Source: an uncultured Gemmatimonadaceae bacterium (lineage in GTDB: Bacteria; Gemmatimonadota; Gemmatimonadetes; Gemmatimonadales; Gemmatimonadaceae). Taken from it: a stretch of 64,000 nt of DNA. The notes under the pieces are model-generated. The model was not told the DNA's origin, ran no database searches, and saw only the letters and a list, made by a program, of their open reading frames with translations. The first letter of the stretch is position 1. Every line of letters begins with the position of its first letter. Location of the stretch: NCBI GenBank assembly GCA_963796655.1, contig CAWCML010000012.1, forward strand, positions 7,401-71,400, given 5' to 3'. A program made the position numbers and the translations under genes. Below, one piece after another: positions 9,543 through 19,492 of this stretch.

Positions 9543-12227
9543 TCACCGTCCCGTTCCCGATCCGAGGTGCGACGCCCATGACGTCATCACGCGCACCTCG
9601 CGCAGCGAGGGCGCGGCAAGATGGCGCTTGAAGACGAACCGGTTGCCACCCATCCCCACCGCGTAGTTCCGTCCCGGAAAATCGGCCACCGTCGTGGTGA
9701 ACAGCTTCTGCGGACTCCCGAAGGGCGAGGCGCTCGCGGCGTCGTAGCTGATGAAATAGAACGTCTGCAGCGATTCGGCGCGCCCGTCGACCGCGCGTCC
9801 GATGTCAACCACCGCCGCGATCAGCCCGGTTCCACCGGCCACCATGGTGGGCATGCCGTAATCCAGGGGCGCAATCACGATGCGCCGGGCGCTCCCGTCG
9901 AGCGCCAGCGCCTGCACGGCACCGCCGACGCTCTCCTGCCCGTGCTCGATCAGCCAGCGGCCGTCAGCCGTCACCCCGAAGATCGCATCCACGGGCGCCG
10001 CCACGGCCTGGCCGGCGGGTCGGCCGCCGCGAAGCACGCGCGCCGAGTCGCGGGACCACGCCAGATACGCGCCGCTGTCCGACAGCACATACACCTGCTG
10101 GAGAAGGTCCGTGCCCGGCGGCAGCGGCGTCGGCGCGGCATTCTGGGTCGGATCGCCGATGAGCGCGGTATCGGCGTGGGTGTACACGACGCGCCGTCCA
10201 TCGGCGGTCCAGGCCGGAATGCCGAGTGCGCGACCGGTGAGCCACGGCGTGACCTGGCCCGTGGTCACGTCGATCACCTCGATGCGGTCGCCGCCGGCCG
10301 TGCTCACGTGCGTGACGAGGCGGCGTCCGTCGGGGCTGAGCGAGAATCCGTCGTAGTCGTCGGGCGGCGCGGGGATGGTGTCGATGCGGCCCGAGCGGTC
10401 CGCGCGCACGAGGATCCCCTCGGCGGCCACGTCACCGGGCGCGTAGGCGAGCACTCCCGACGCGCTGACGGTGAACTGCGCGGCTCCCCGCCCCGTTTCC
10501 ACACGGACGCTGTCGGCGATCGAAACGGCCGGACCAGTCACCCGAAACGACGCAGCGTCGAAGGGCGCGGCGTAGAGGCGCCCGTCGAGCGTTGCATAGA
10601 CGAGATGCCCGTGCCCGTCCGGCGCGCCCGCGGCAGCTCGGAGCGGCTCGCTGCCCCCGCTCGCGGCGGGTTGCATCACGGGCGCGCCCTTCCCGGTTTC
10701 GAGATCGGCCACCCAGAGATATCGACCGTCGTCCACCAGCACGTGCCGCCCGTCCGCCAGCACCTTCGGCACTCCGCACGTCGCCATGCAGGTAACCGTG
10801 CGCACGGAGTCGCCCGACGGCGTGAGGACCGCCAGCTCGTTGGCGAGACGCTGCGCGAGCACGATGCGTCCGTCCGCCATGACCGTGCCGCCCCACGCCT
10901 CGCCGTAGAACTCGCCGGCCGGCTGGCGGCGCACCAGCGTCACCCGGTCGTCGGCCAGCGTCAACCGCATCAGTCCCTGGGTCCCGAAGAAATACACCGC
11001 GTCGCCCGACGGCGAGAAGAACGGCGACTGCGCACCCACGGTGCCGTCGAGCGCACGAAAGCCGAACTGCGACAGCGTGCGCAGATACAGCTGCGACGAC
11101 GCGCCCCGGCGGGCAACCACGACCAGCTGCTTCCCGTCGGGCGACAGGGCCAGGGTTTGCGTTCCCTCCGGCATCCTCAGATCGGGCGCCAGCTGTAGCG
11201 AGTCGGGGAGCACGATGCTCGCGCTCACCTCTGGGCGGGCGTTGCCCGAGGTGCGCCCCACGCGACCGATGAGCCAACCTCCGGCGAGCCCGCACACTGC
11301 AAGCGCGAGACCCGCGCCCGCAAGCGCGAGCCGGTGCCCCGGGGCGATCGGTGACGCCATCCCTCCTGCCCCAGTACGACCGCCCGGGCCAAAACCCGGC
11401 GACGAGAGCGCGGCGGAAAACTCGGCGGCCGTCGCGAACCGGTCGGCGGGCAGCTTGGCCAGCGCGCACAGCACCGCCGCCTCGACGTGCGGCGGCACCG
11501 TCTTGCGCACGAGCGTGGGGCGCTCAGGCTCGGCGCTCATCACCTTGGCCACGATCGCCTGCACGCTGGCGCCGGTGAACGGCGGATCGCCGGTGAGCAT
11601 CTCGTACGTGACGGCTCCGAGCGCATAGATGTCGGCGCGGGCGTCGATCTGCTTCTCGCCCATCGCCTGCTCGGGGCTCATGTACTGCGGTGTGCCCAGC
11701 GAGAGTCCCGTCTGCGTCATCCGCGCGCCGGCCGCCGTCTGCACGGCGAGGGCGATGCCGAAGTCGGCGACCAGCGCGTGCCCGCCCTGCAGCAGGATGT
11801 TCTCGGGCTTGATGTCGCGGTGGACGATCCCCTGCGCGTGGGCAGCGCCCAGGGCGTCGGCCACTTCGCGCGCGATGCGCAGGGCGTCGTCGATGGGGAG
11901 CTGCCGCTCGCGCTCGAGCCGCGTGCGCAGCGTCTCGCCGGCGACGTACGGCATCACGTAGTAGAGCAACCCGCCGGCGTCGCCCGAATCGAGCAGCGGC
12001 AGGATGTGCGGGTGCTGCAGCCGGGCGGTGGTCTTGATCTCGCTGAGAAAGCGCTCGCCGCCCAAGACGGCCGCGAGTTCCGGCTTGAGGACCTTGATCG
12101 CGACGTCGCGATCGTGTTTGAGATCGCGCGCGAGATACACGGTGGCCATCCCGCCCTGCCCCAGCTCGCGCTCCAGGCGGTAGCGGTCGGCGAGGGCGGC
12201 GCTCAGGCGGGAAAGGGCGTCTGCCAT
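9543..12227 (-). CDS. Hanks-type Ser/Thr protein kinase with one TM helix and a C-terminal PD40/TolB-like beta-propeller ectodomain (kinase E)
   Basis: Intact, 894 aa. GQGGMATVYLA...AIKVL (subdomains I-II), [28 protein letters not shown] helix LALAGAGLALAVCGLAGGWLIG. Multiple SPDG/SPSG repeats follow. Confidence 0.9.
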   Translation of the reverse strand: MADALSRLSAALADRYRLERELGQGGMATVYLARDLKHDRDVAIKVLKPELAAVLGGERFLSEIKTTARLQHPHILPLLDSGDAGGLLYYVMPYVAGETLRTRLERERQLPIDDALRIAREVADALGAAHAQGIVHRDIKPENILLQGGHALVADFGIALAVQTAAGARMTQTGLSLGTPQYMSPEQAMGEKQIDARADIYALGAVTYEMLTGDPPFTGASVQAIVAKVMSAEPERPTLVRKTVPPHVEAAVLCALAKLPADRFATAAEFSAALSSPGFGPGGRTGAGGMASPIAPGHRLALAGAGLALAVCGLAGGWLIGRVGRTSGNARPEVSASIVLPDSLQLAPDLRMPEGTQTLALSPDGKQLVVVARRGASSQLYLRTLSQFGFRALDGTVGAQSPFFSPSGDAVYFFGTQGLMRLTLADDRVTLVRRQPAGEFYGEAWGGTVMADGRIVLAQRLANELAVLTPSGDSVRTVTCMATCGVPKVLADGRHVLVDDGRYLWVADLETGKGAPVMQPAASGGSEPLRAAAGAPDGHGHLVYATLDGRLYAAPFDAASFRVTGPAVSIADSVRVETGRGAAQFTVSASGVLAYAPGDVAAEGILVRADRSGRIDTIPAPPDDYDGFSLSPDGRRLVTHVSTAGGDRIEVIDVTTGQVTPWLTGRALGIPAWTADGRRVVYTHADTALIGDPTQNAAPTPLPPGTDLLQQVYVLSDSGAYLAWSRDSARVLRGGRPAGQAVAAPVDAIFGVTADGRWLIEHGQESVGGAVQALALDGSARRIVIAPLDYGMPTMVAGGTGLIAAVVDIGRAVDGRAESLQTFYFISYDAASASPFGSPQKLFTTTVADFPGRNYAVGMGGNRFVFKRHLAAPSLREVRVMTSWASHLGSGTGR

Positions 12228-12365
12228 GGCTCGAAGATGCCCCGGCGGAAGGCGGAGCGCCAGCGCGGTGTCTCGCCATCATCTCGCGTCGGCCGGCCGG
12301 GCGCCACTCGCACGACGCGCCCAGCCGATGCATCTTGGGAGGGAACCCCGCCCGGGCACGAACCA

Positions 12366-13217
12366 ATGTCTCAACCAGCGCGCAAGCCGACCGATGCCGA
12401 CATCGATGCGTACGGCGTCACGCACGTGGGCAAGGTGCGCCGGGAGAACCAGGACCACTTCCTGATCTCGACGCTCGCCAAACAGGTGCGGGTCGACCAG
12501 ACGAGTCTCCCGGACATCGCGGGGCTCAGCAGCGCCGTCGATCGGGTGGCCTCGCTCACCATGGTCGCGGACGGTGTGGGCAGCGGCGCCGGAGAGGAGG
12601 CGTCGCGCTTCGCGGTCCAGGCCATCGCGTCCTACGTGGCGCGGAGCACGCAGGTGTTCTACGCCGCGGACGCGGCGGAGCCCGGAAACTTCGCCCGGCT
12701 TCTCGAAGACGCCGCCATGCGGTGCCACACCGACCTCCTCGAACACGCCGCCAGCGAAGGCAAGTCTGGACGCCTCGCGACGACGCTCACGCTCTGGCTC
12801 GGCCTCTGGCCACAGGCGTACGTGCTGCAGGTGGGGGACAGCCGCTGCTACCTCTATCGCGACGGGCAGTTGACCCAGATTTCGCGCGATCAGACGATGG
12901 CCGAAGATCTGGTCGAGAAGGGGATCCTCACGCGTGACCGGGCCGCGCACAGCCGGTATGCGGATATCCTCTCCAGCGCCATCGGGGGCCCCGAAGCCGC
13001 GCCGGTGGTGACGCGGGTGGTGCGCGACTGGGGCACGATCGTGCTGCTGTGCAGCGACGGGCTCACCAAGCACGTGTCCACCGAACGCATTGCCGAGCGG
13101 CTCGGCGCCCTCAGGAGTTCGAAGGAGACGTGCGAGGCGTTGTTGCAGGACGCCCTCGACGGCGGCGGAACGGACAACATCACCATCGTGATCGGCCGGA
13201 CGGTGCCACCCGGCTAG
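12366..13217 (+). CDS. PP2C-family Ser/Thr protein phosphatase
   Basis: 283 aa. THVGKVRRENQDHF, MVADGVGSGAGEEAS, LLCSDGLTKHV and GGGTDNITIVI are the PPM motifs. Confidence 0.9.
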   Translation: MSQPARKPTDADIDAYGVTHVGKVRRENQDHFLISTLAKQVRVDQTSLPDIAGLSSAVDRVASLTMVADGVGSGAGEEASRFAVQAIASYVARSTQVFYAADAAEPGNFARLLEDAAMRCHTDLLEHAASEGKSGRLATTLTLWLGLWPQAYVLQVGDSRCYLYRDGQLTQISRDQTMAEDLVEKGILTRDRAAHSRYADILSSAIGGPEAAPVVTRVVRDWGTIVLLCSDGLTKHVSTERIAERLGALRSSKETCEALLQDALDGGGTDNITIVIGRTVPPG

Positions 13218-13242
13218 CTCATTGGTGCATCTTGGCTGGCGA

Positions 13243-13314
13243 TCACCCCTGCCCCAGTCCGCGCTCGATGCGGTAGCGGTCGGCGAGGGCTTCCCGGAGG
13301 CGATCAACGCTCAT
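13243..13314 (-). pseudogene. decayed N-terminal stub of a Ser/Thr kinase paralog (23 codons)
   Basis: MSVDRLREALADRYRIERGLGQG*. It starts 9 nt downstream of the TPR-kinase stop. The DNA ctcgatgcggtagcggtcggcgag is identical to the same segment in the full-length paralogs. Confidence 0.5.
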
Positions 13315-13323
13315 GTGCACCAC

Positions 13324-15508
13324 TCACTTGATGAAGTTCAAGCGCCTCATCAGCGCAGTGAACCGTGGCTCGGATCCCAACGGACCGAATGTCGGGGCCA
13401 CCTTCAACCAGACGAGCTGCTGTGAGTTGGCCGCGTAGGCCTGTTCGAGATAGTCGAGCGCACGCGCGTGATCTCCGAGGCCGAGGTGTAGCAGCGCCAG
13501 GTTGAACGGCGCCACCTCGCCACCGGGTGAACTCTGCTTCAACTCCGCGACCGTCGCCAGCGCGCCGGCACGATCGCCGGACTTCGCCTGCGCATACGCC
13601 AGATCGGCGGTCACGAACGCCGGGGCGCCCAGCGCCCGCGACTCCTTCAACTTCGTGATCGCCTCGCCGTAGTGCCCGGCGTACAGCGCTATGATCCCTT
13701 CCTCCTGGACGGGGAAGTAGAAGGTCGGGTCGAGCTCCGCCGCCTTCCGGTCCAACTCCAGGGGTTCGCTCGTCCGCCCCCGGTAGAGGTACGCACATGC
13801 TGCGTCGACCAGGATCGACGGCGAGAGCGGGTCGAGCGCCATGGCGCGCCGGCCCTCGGCGACTGCCTCATCGAATCGCCCGACGATCGAGAGGATCAAG
13901 CCGAGTTGGTCGTGCGCGAACGCGTAGTTGGGATTCAGGGCTATGGCCCGGCGGAGTTCCTGCTCGCTTCCGTCCCAATCATAATCGAACCACCCCTTGA
14001 ACACCCCCAGTGACGTGTGCGCCTCTGCCGACATACTGTCGAGTGCGACGGCGCGTTCGGCGGCTTCCCTGGCCAGCGGTTTGGCATCGGCCACCGACAT
14101 GAACCCCTCGTTGAACGCCGCCCAGGCATGGGCATCCGACAGCCCCGAGTACGCCGGGGCGAATGTCGGGCTCAGCGTGACCGCGGTATCGAACTGCGCG
14201 ATCGCCTTCTGGAGGTTCTCATCGCTGGGGCGATTGAAGAAATACCGGCCCTTGAGATAGGCGTCGTGTGCCGCCGGGTCGACGCTCGGTGCGGCGGCAA
14301 GGCGCGACTGATCGCGCTGTGTGAGTTGGACGTTGATCGCGCTGGCGATGGCCGACGCCAACTCGGCCTGGAGCGCCAGCACGTCGCTCGACTTCCGCTC
14401 GAAGGTCTGGGCCCACAGGTGCTTGTCGGCCCGGGCATCGATGAGTTGTGCGTTGATCCGTACCGCGTCGCCGACCCGGGTCACCGAACCCTCGACGATG
14501 GCATCGACGTTGAGCGTCTTGGCGATCTCCGGCGTGGGCGGGCGATGGCTTCCCTTGAACTGCATCGCCGAGCCGCGCGAGGTGACCCGCAGCTGACTGA
14601 TCGTCGCCAGGTCGCTCGTCAGCTCGTCCGTCATCCCCTCGGTGAAGTAGTCCTGGGTGGAGTCGGAGGAGTAGTTGTCGAGCGGCAACACGGCGATAGA
14701 GCCGATGGTGCCGGCGGCGGGCGAACTGGACGACCGGCCAACGCGGGTGAAGATCGCGACAATCGCCAGTACTGCCACGGTCCCACCTACCGCGATCCAT
14801 CTCCAACGGCGGCGACCGGCGGACTCCGTGGGCACGCCCCCGCCTCTCGCGGCGGCACCATCAGTGCGTGCCGTGAGCACGTCGGCGAATTGTGCCACGG
14901 GATTGAACCGGTCGGCGGGTTGCTTGGCGAGCGCGCGCTGGAGCGCCGCCGCCACCGCCGCCGGCACCGCGGGCCGGAGATTCGTGACCGGCTGCGCCTC
15001 GACGATCATGTGTTGGTGCACCACACTCTCGACCGTGGGACCCGTGAACGGCGGCTGGCCGCCGAGCATCTCGTACAGCACGCAGGCCAGGCTGTACAGG
15101 TCGCTGCGACCATCGAGACTCTTCTCGCCCGCCGCCTGCTCGGGACTCATATACTGGGGCGTCCCGATCGCCATCCCGGTCTGCGTAATTGACTCCGCCC
15201 CGGTCACGCAGCGACTCGCCTTCGACGTACGGCATCACGTAGTAGAGGACACCACCGGCCTCGCCCGAATCGTAGAGCGGCAGAATGTGCGGATGGCGCA
15301 GGTTGGCGGTGGTGGTGATTTCGCGGAGGAACCGCTCGGCGCCGAGCACGGCGGTGAGCTCCTGCTTCAGCACCTTGATCGCGACCTTGCGATTGTGCTT
15401 GAGGTCCTCGGCCAGATACACCGTGGCCATGCCGCCCTGCCCGAGCTCGCGCTCGATGCGGTAGCGGTCCGAGAGGGCCGAAGCGAGTTGGGCGGGGGCG
15501 GTCGTCAT
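13324..15508 (-). pseudogene. Ser/Thr kinase paralog with TolB-N/CsgG-like module and TPR ectodomain (kinase D); internal deletion removes the catalytic loop and DFG, and shifts the frame
   Basis: N-terminus MTTAPAQLASALSDRYRIERELGQGGMATVYLAEDLKH...YYVMPYVEGESLRDR (ORF 14861..16159) joins directly to TGAESITQTGMAIGTPQYMSPEQ (ORF 13324..15207). No HRDxKxxN or DFG is present in any frame. Downstream: a TM helix, then IAVLPLDNYS...VRINAQLIDA, then TPR repeats. Confidence 0.8.
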
Positions 15509-18162
15509 CGGTTGGCCGCGTCCACGGCCCGCTCCATCTGCGTCACCCAGTGGGGAATCACGCGGAAATAGCTTGCGCGCAGGTCCTCGGGGCCCTGGAG
15601 GTAGATGATTCCGCCGCGCCAGTCGGGCCGGTTGGACCACCCGAACGTGTCCGCGAAGCGCGGGTCGCTGCCCCACACGACGGCCGATCCCGTCGGCTCT
15701 CCGGTGGCCGGGTTGATGCGCACCACGTGCCAGGTGAATCCAGACCGGTAGAGTATCTCCGAGTTGGAGAGCCAGATGGGCTCCACGGCACTGGTGGCGA
15801 TCTGACGCTCCGACGATCCCGGCGGATTGTCGGTCAGGACCACGCGGCTGCCCGCCGACTGACTGAACACGATGTGGCGCCCGTCGGGAGAGATCATGGT
15901 GTAGACCCGGTCGACAGCGATGCTGTCGAACCGGACAGCGGGTGCGGCGGGATCGAAGCGGACGATCCGGCGCGGCGTACCGATTCCACCCAACGCCAGA
16001 TGGGGAGCGGACCAGTCCAGCAACACGGGAGTCGCGGCTGCGTCTTGCGACGCATAGATGGTGTCTGGCTGCGCAGCGGACGAGGGCGACCCCCGCAGGA
16101 TCGCGGCGCCCGTTGGGTTCTGCACCTGCACAATCAGCGTCGAGCCGTCGGCGCTCCACAGCGGCTGGTCGACGTACGCCGCACGCAGCCAGGTGAACGA
16201 CTGCCCGCTGCCCAGGCTGAATACTCGGAGCTCATAGTAGCCGGGTCCCTCGACGACGGCGGCGAGCCGGCGTCCGTCGCGGCTGAGGTCCCAGCGCTGG
16301 TACGCGCCGGCCGGGACATCCAAGGTCCGCGTGGACCCGTCGGCGGAACGGTCCACAAGCCTGCCGATGTGCGTGTTACCGCCGGGGGCGAAGAGCAGCA
16401 TGCCCGTCCGGCCCAGGTCGAAGTCCGCCGCCCTGACGCCAGCCGTCCGGATGCCGGCCAGCAGCGACGCCGATCGCCCAACCGTGTGGGTGGACCCATC
16501 ATACGGCACCGCCTGCAGCTCGCCCTGCGACGATTCGTAGACCAGGTATCGGCCGTCGACCAGGCGGAACGCGAAGCCTGCCAGCGGACTCGCTGGCTGC
16601 CCGCCGGTGGTCCGCGTCTTCACGGGCCAGGTCTTGCCGGTGGCCGGGTCGACGGCGGTCAGGACTCCGCGAGCGTCGCAGAGCGCCTGGCGATCGCGGG
16701 CAATCCAGCTGCCGTCGAAGCACCACGGGACGGCGTGGCTGGCAATCATTCCCGCATCCGTGTCGAACTGGCGAAACCGGAGCCCGCCCTGATCGACGAC
16801 CATCAGGGTCGTCGGGGTGATCCAGTTGAGCGCGTACGGGTCGCCGTCGAGATCCGCGATGGTGCGGGATTGCCCGCCCGTGACCGGCGCGATCAGCAGG
16901 CTGGCATTGGCGACGAACGCCAGCTTGGACCCGTCGGGCGAGACGCGCGGGGTGCTGGCGCCCTCGGTGCCCTGGATGGGCGCCGCAGTGGTGTCGCGTA
17001 CGCTGCGCCGCCACAGCACGGTGGAGTTCCCCTGCCTGACCACGTAGACCACAAAGCGCTCGTCAGGCGAGAGCGCGAGGCCACCTAGCGGTGACCCATA
17101 CGGCGTACTTGGCGTCAGGCCGGTGAAGTCCATCGCCGCGCTGTCGGCAAGCGCGACGTCGTAAACCTCCGGTCCATTCCCGCCGCTGCGGTGGTCGAGC
17201 GCCCAGCCCATAAGGACCAGTGAAAATACGGCGACTGCGGCGAGCACGAGTGTGCGAGGATCCCTCAGCCAGACACGCGCGCCGGGCGGAGTCGGCACCG
17301 CGAGTTGCCCACGCGTCGTGTTGAAGTGAGGATCGGCGAGCGCGTTGGCAAAGTTCTCCGCCGTCACGAACCGGTCGGCAGGGAGTTTTTCCAGAGCTTT
17401 TGCCACCGCCGCCGCCACATTCGGCGGCACCGACTTTCGGAGCGCGGTGACCGGCGCCGCCGCTTCGGTCACGATCTTCATGATGATCTGCTGCGCCGAC
17501 GCGCCGGTGTGCGGCGGGTCGCCGGTGAGCATCTCGTACAGCACAGTGGCCAGCGAGTAGATATCGCTGCGCGCCGTGATCTCCTTCTCGGCGGTGGCCT
17601 GTTCGGGGCTCATGTAGTGCGGCGTGCCGAGACTGAGCCCCGTCTCGGTCATCCGCCCGCCCGCCGCCGCCGAGACCGCCAGTGCAATCCCGAAGTCGGC
17701 GACCATCGGCCGGCCGTCGTGCAGCAGGATGTTCTCGGGCTTGATGTCGCGGTGGATCACGCCGTGCCGGTGCGCGTAGTCCAGCGCGTCGGCCACCTCG
17801 CGTGGTGATCTCACCGCCTCGTCGATGCCGAGCTGCGTCTCGCGATCGAGCTTGGCGCGCAGCGTCTCGCCTTGCACGTACGGCATCACGTAGTACAGGA
17901 AGCCGTCGGCGGTGCCCGAGTCGAACAGCGGCAGGATGTTGGGATGCTGCAGCGCTGCCGTGGTCGCGATCTCCTGCACGAATCGGTCGGCGCCAAGCAC
18001 GGCCGCCAGCTCGGGCTTCAGCACCTTGATCGCCACCTGACGATGGTGCTTCAGGTCCCCGGCGAGATAGACGGTCGCCATGCCGCCCTGCCCGAGCTCG
18101 CGCTCGATGCGGTAGCGGTCGGCGAGGGCCGAGGCCAGACGGGGGTTCACGGCGTCCGTCAT
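15505..18162 (-). CDS. Hanks-type Ser/Thr kinase with TM helix and beta-propeller ectodomain (kinase C)
   Basis: 885 aa from [55 protein letters not shown] helix LVLAAVAVFSLVLMGWAL. SPDG repeats. ATGA overlaps at both ends (15505-15508 and 18159-18162). Confidence 0.9.
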   Translation of the reverse strand: MTDAVNPRLASALADRYRIERELGQGGMATVYLAGDLKHHRQVAIKVLKPELAAVLGADRFVQEIATTAALQHPNILPLFDSGTADGFLYYVMPYVQGETLRAKLDRETQLGIDEAVRSPREVADALDYAHRHGVIHRDIKPENILLHDGRPMVADFGIALAVSAAAGGRMTETGLSLGTPHYMSPEQATAEKEITARSDIYSLATVLYEMLTGDPPHTGASAQQIIMKIVTEAAAPVTALRKSVPPNVAAAVAKALEKLPADRFVTAENFANALADPHFNTTRGQLAVPTPPGARVWLRDPRTLVLAAVAVFSLVLMGWALDHRSGGNGPEVYDVALADSAAMDFTGLTPSTPYGSPLGGLALSPDERFVVYVVRQGNSTVLWRRSVRDTTAAPIQGTEGASTPRVSPDGSKLAFVANASLLIAPVTGGQSRTIADLDGDPYALNWITPTTLMVVDQGGLRFRQFDTDAGMIASHAVPWCFDGSWIARDRQALCDARGVLTAVDPATGKTWPVKTRTTGGQPASPLAGFAFRLVDGRYLVYESSQGELQAVPYDGSTHTVGRSASLLAGIRTAGVRAADFDLGRTGMLLFAPGGNTHIGRLVDRSADGSTRTLDVPAGAYQRWDLSRDGRRLAAVVEGPGYYELRVFSLGSGQSFTWLRAAYVDQPLWSADGSTLIVQVQNPTGAAILRGSPSSAAQPDTIYASQDAAATPVLLDWSAPHLALGGIGTPRRIVRFDPAAPAVRFDSIAVDRVYTMISPDGRHIVFSQSAGSRVVLTDNPPGSSERQIATSAVEPIWLSNSEILYRSGFTWHVVRINPATGEPTGSAVVWGSDPRFADTFGWSNRPDWRGGIIYLQGPEDLRASYFRVIPHWVTQMERAVDAANR

Positions 18163-19492
18163 GCGATCTCCGAGTCCACGCCGACGGGCGCCGGCTGCAA
18201 CCGGCCCAACCGCGCGTTCAGGGCATAGTATAGAACGGCCAGCGCCATGACGCCGCCAACCGCCACCGCCGCCTGCCAGCCCGAGTGCGTGAGCAACCAG
18301 ACCACGGTGGCCGAGCCAAGCACCGCCGCCGCCGGGCCGCCGGGCGCCCGGAAGGTACCCCGCACCGCCGGCCGCGTGTAGCGCATGCGCAATGCCGCGA
18401 GGCACACACCGAGGTAGATCAGCAGCAGCGCCATTCCCGCCAGGACGGCGAGCGCCGCGAATCCGCCGCTCACCGCCAACGTGAATCCGATCACGCCGTA
18501 CACGATGATCGCCACCCAGGGCGTGTGGAAGCGCGGATGGATGGAGGCGAGTGACCGCGGCAGCAGCCCCCGTTCGGCGATGGGAATGAACGCGCGCGGC
18601 GAGCAGACGTAGTCCGCCGCGATCGCCCCGAATCCGGCGATCGTCGCGCCGGCAAGCACCATGGACCGCCCGACGCCACCCATCACCAGGCCGGCGGTGG
18701 CCGCGAGGGGGGCCTCGGTCTGGGTGGCCAGCGTGGCGCCGAGCACGCCCTGCGATACCACCTGCAGCGCCAGATACAGCACCACCACCGCCACCACGGC
18801 GCCGAACACCCCGCGCGGCACGGTGCGCGCCGGATCGCGCACCTCGCCACTGGGCGTGAGCGCCGTCTCGATGCCGCCGAACGCGAAGAAGAGCGTGAGC
18901 GCCGCGGTGCCGAAGTCGCCGATCGGCGGGCATTCCGTGCCAGGCGAGATTGGCCCCGCGGATGGAGAACGCGCCGACCACGGCGAGCAGCACCAGCGGC
19001 ACCAGCTTGGCCACGGTCGTGGCCACCGACAGGCCGAGGCCCTGGCGAACCCGCGCACGTTGACCGCTACCAGTCCGCCGAACATCAGCAACAGCAGGGC
19101 GACTCGCGTGGCCGGGCCGCCGAGCGCCGGCACGAGCCCTACCAGCGAATCGATCACCACCACCGCGATCGCCGCATCGGCCGCCGGCTCGTACAGGATG
19201 ATGAGGACCACCCAGGCGAGGAATCCGGCCAGCGGGCCGAATGCGTCCTCGATGTACGCCACGGCGCCGCCCGAGCGCTTCGTCCGACTCCCCACTTCGG
19301 CGAAGCATGCCAGAACACATATGATGAGCGCCGCGCACAAGCAGGTAGGCGAGGATCGCCGCCGGTCCGAGGATGGCGGCCACAGCCGCCGGCAGCGCGA
19401 AGATGCCCGGCGCCCACCGTGAGGTTCACCGCGTTGGCGCCCAGCGCCCAGGGGCCGATGGCGCGGTCGAGGTGGGCGCCGGACGTCGTCAC
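18159..19492 (-). pseudogene. APC-superfamily amino acid permease; about 4 +1 shifts (about 18940, 19050, 19337, 19405)
   Basis: GTG start overlaps the upstream kinase stop (GTGA, 19489-19492). LDRAIGPWALGANAVNLTVGAG|IFALPAAVAAILGPAAILAYLLV|CAALIICVLACFAEVGSR...FFAFGGIETAL is spread over three frames. 12-TM-like hydrophobicity. Confidence 0.8.

Noticed and set aside
12228-12340. Continuation of the decayed kinase stub on the far side of the PP2C gene, which would make PP2C an insertion into a kinase gene
   Set aside because: I saw only short patches of similarity (gcgagat..accgcg..gcgct versus SEIKTTAAL codons), and the spacing is about 48 nt too short. This is indistinguishable from chance in GC-rich DNA without a formal alignment.
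17797-17820. Possible compensated frameshift in kinase C (EAVRSPREVADAL versus RIAREV in other paralogs)
   Set aside because: Removing one base from the kinase B string gives [13 protein letters not shown]. The R-S-x-R version is therefore simply the native sequence shared by kinases B and C, and no compensation needs to be invoked.
15505-19383. 1292-aa ORF suggesting a giant fusion of permease-like sequence and kinase C
   Set aside because: The kinase frame merely stays open upstream. The conserved kinase N-terminus starts at the ATG at 18162, which overlaps the permease stop. The upstream 400 aa are a mixture of one permease frame and out-of-frame sequence.
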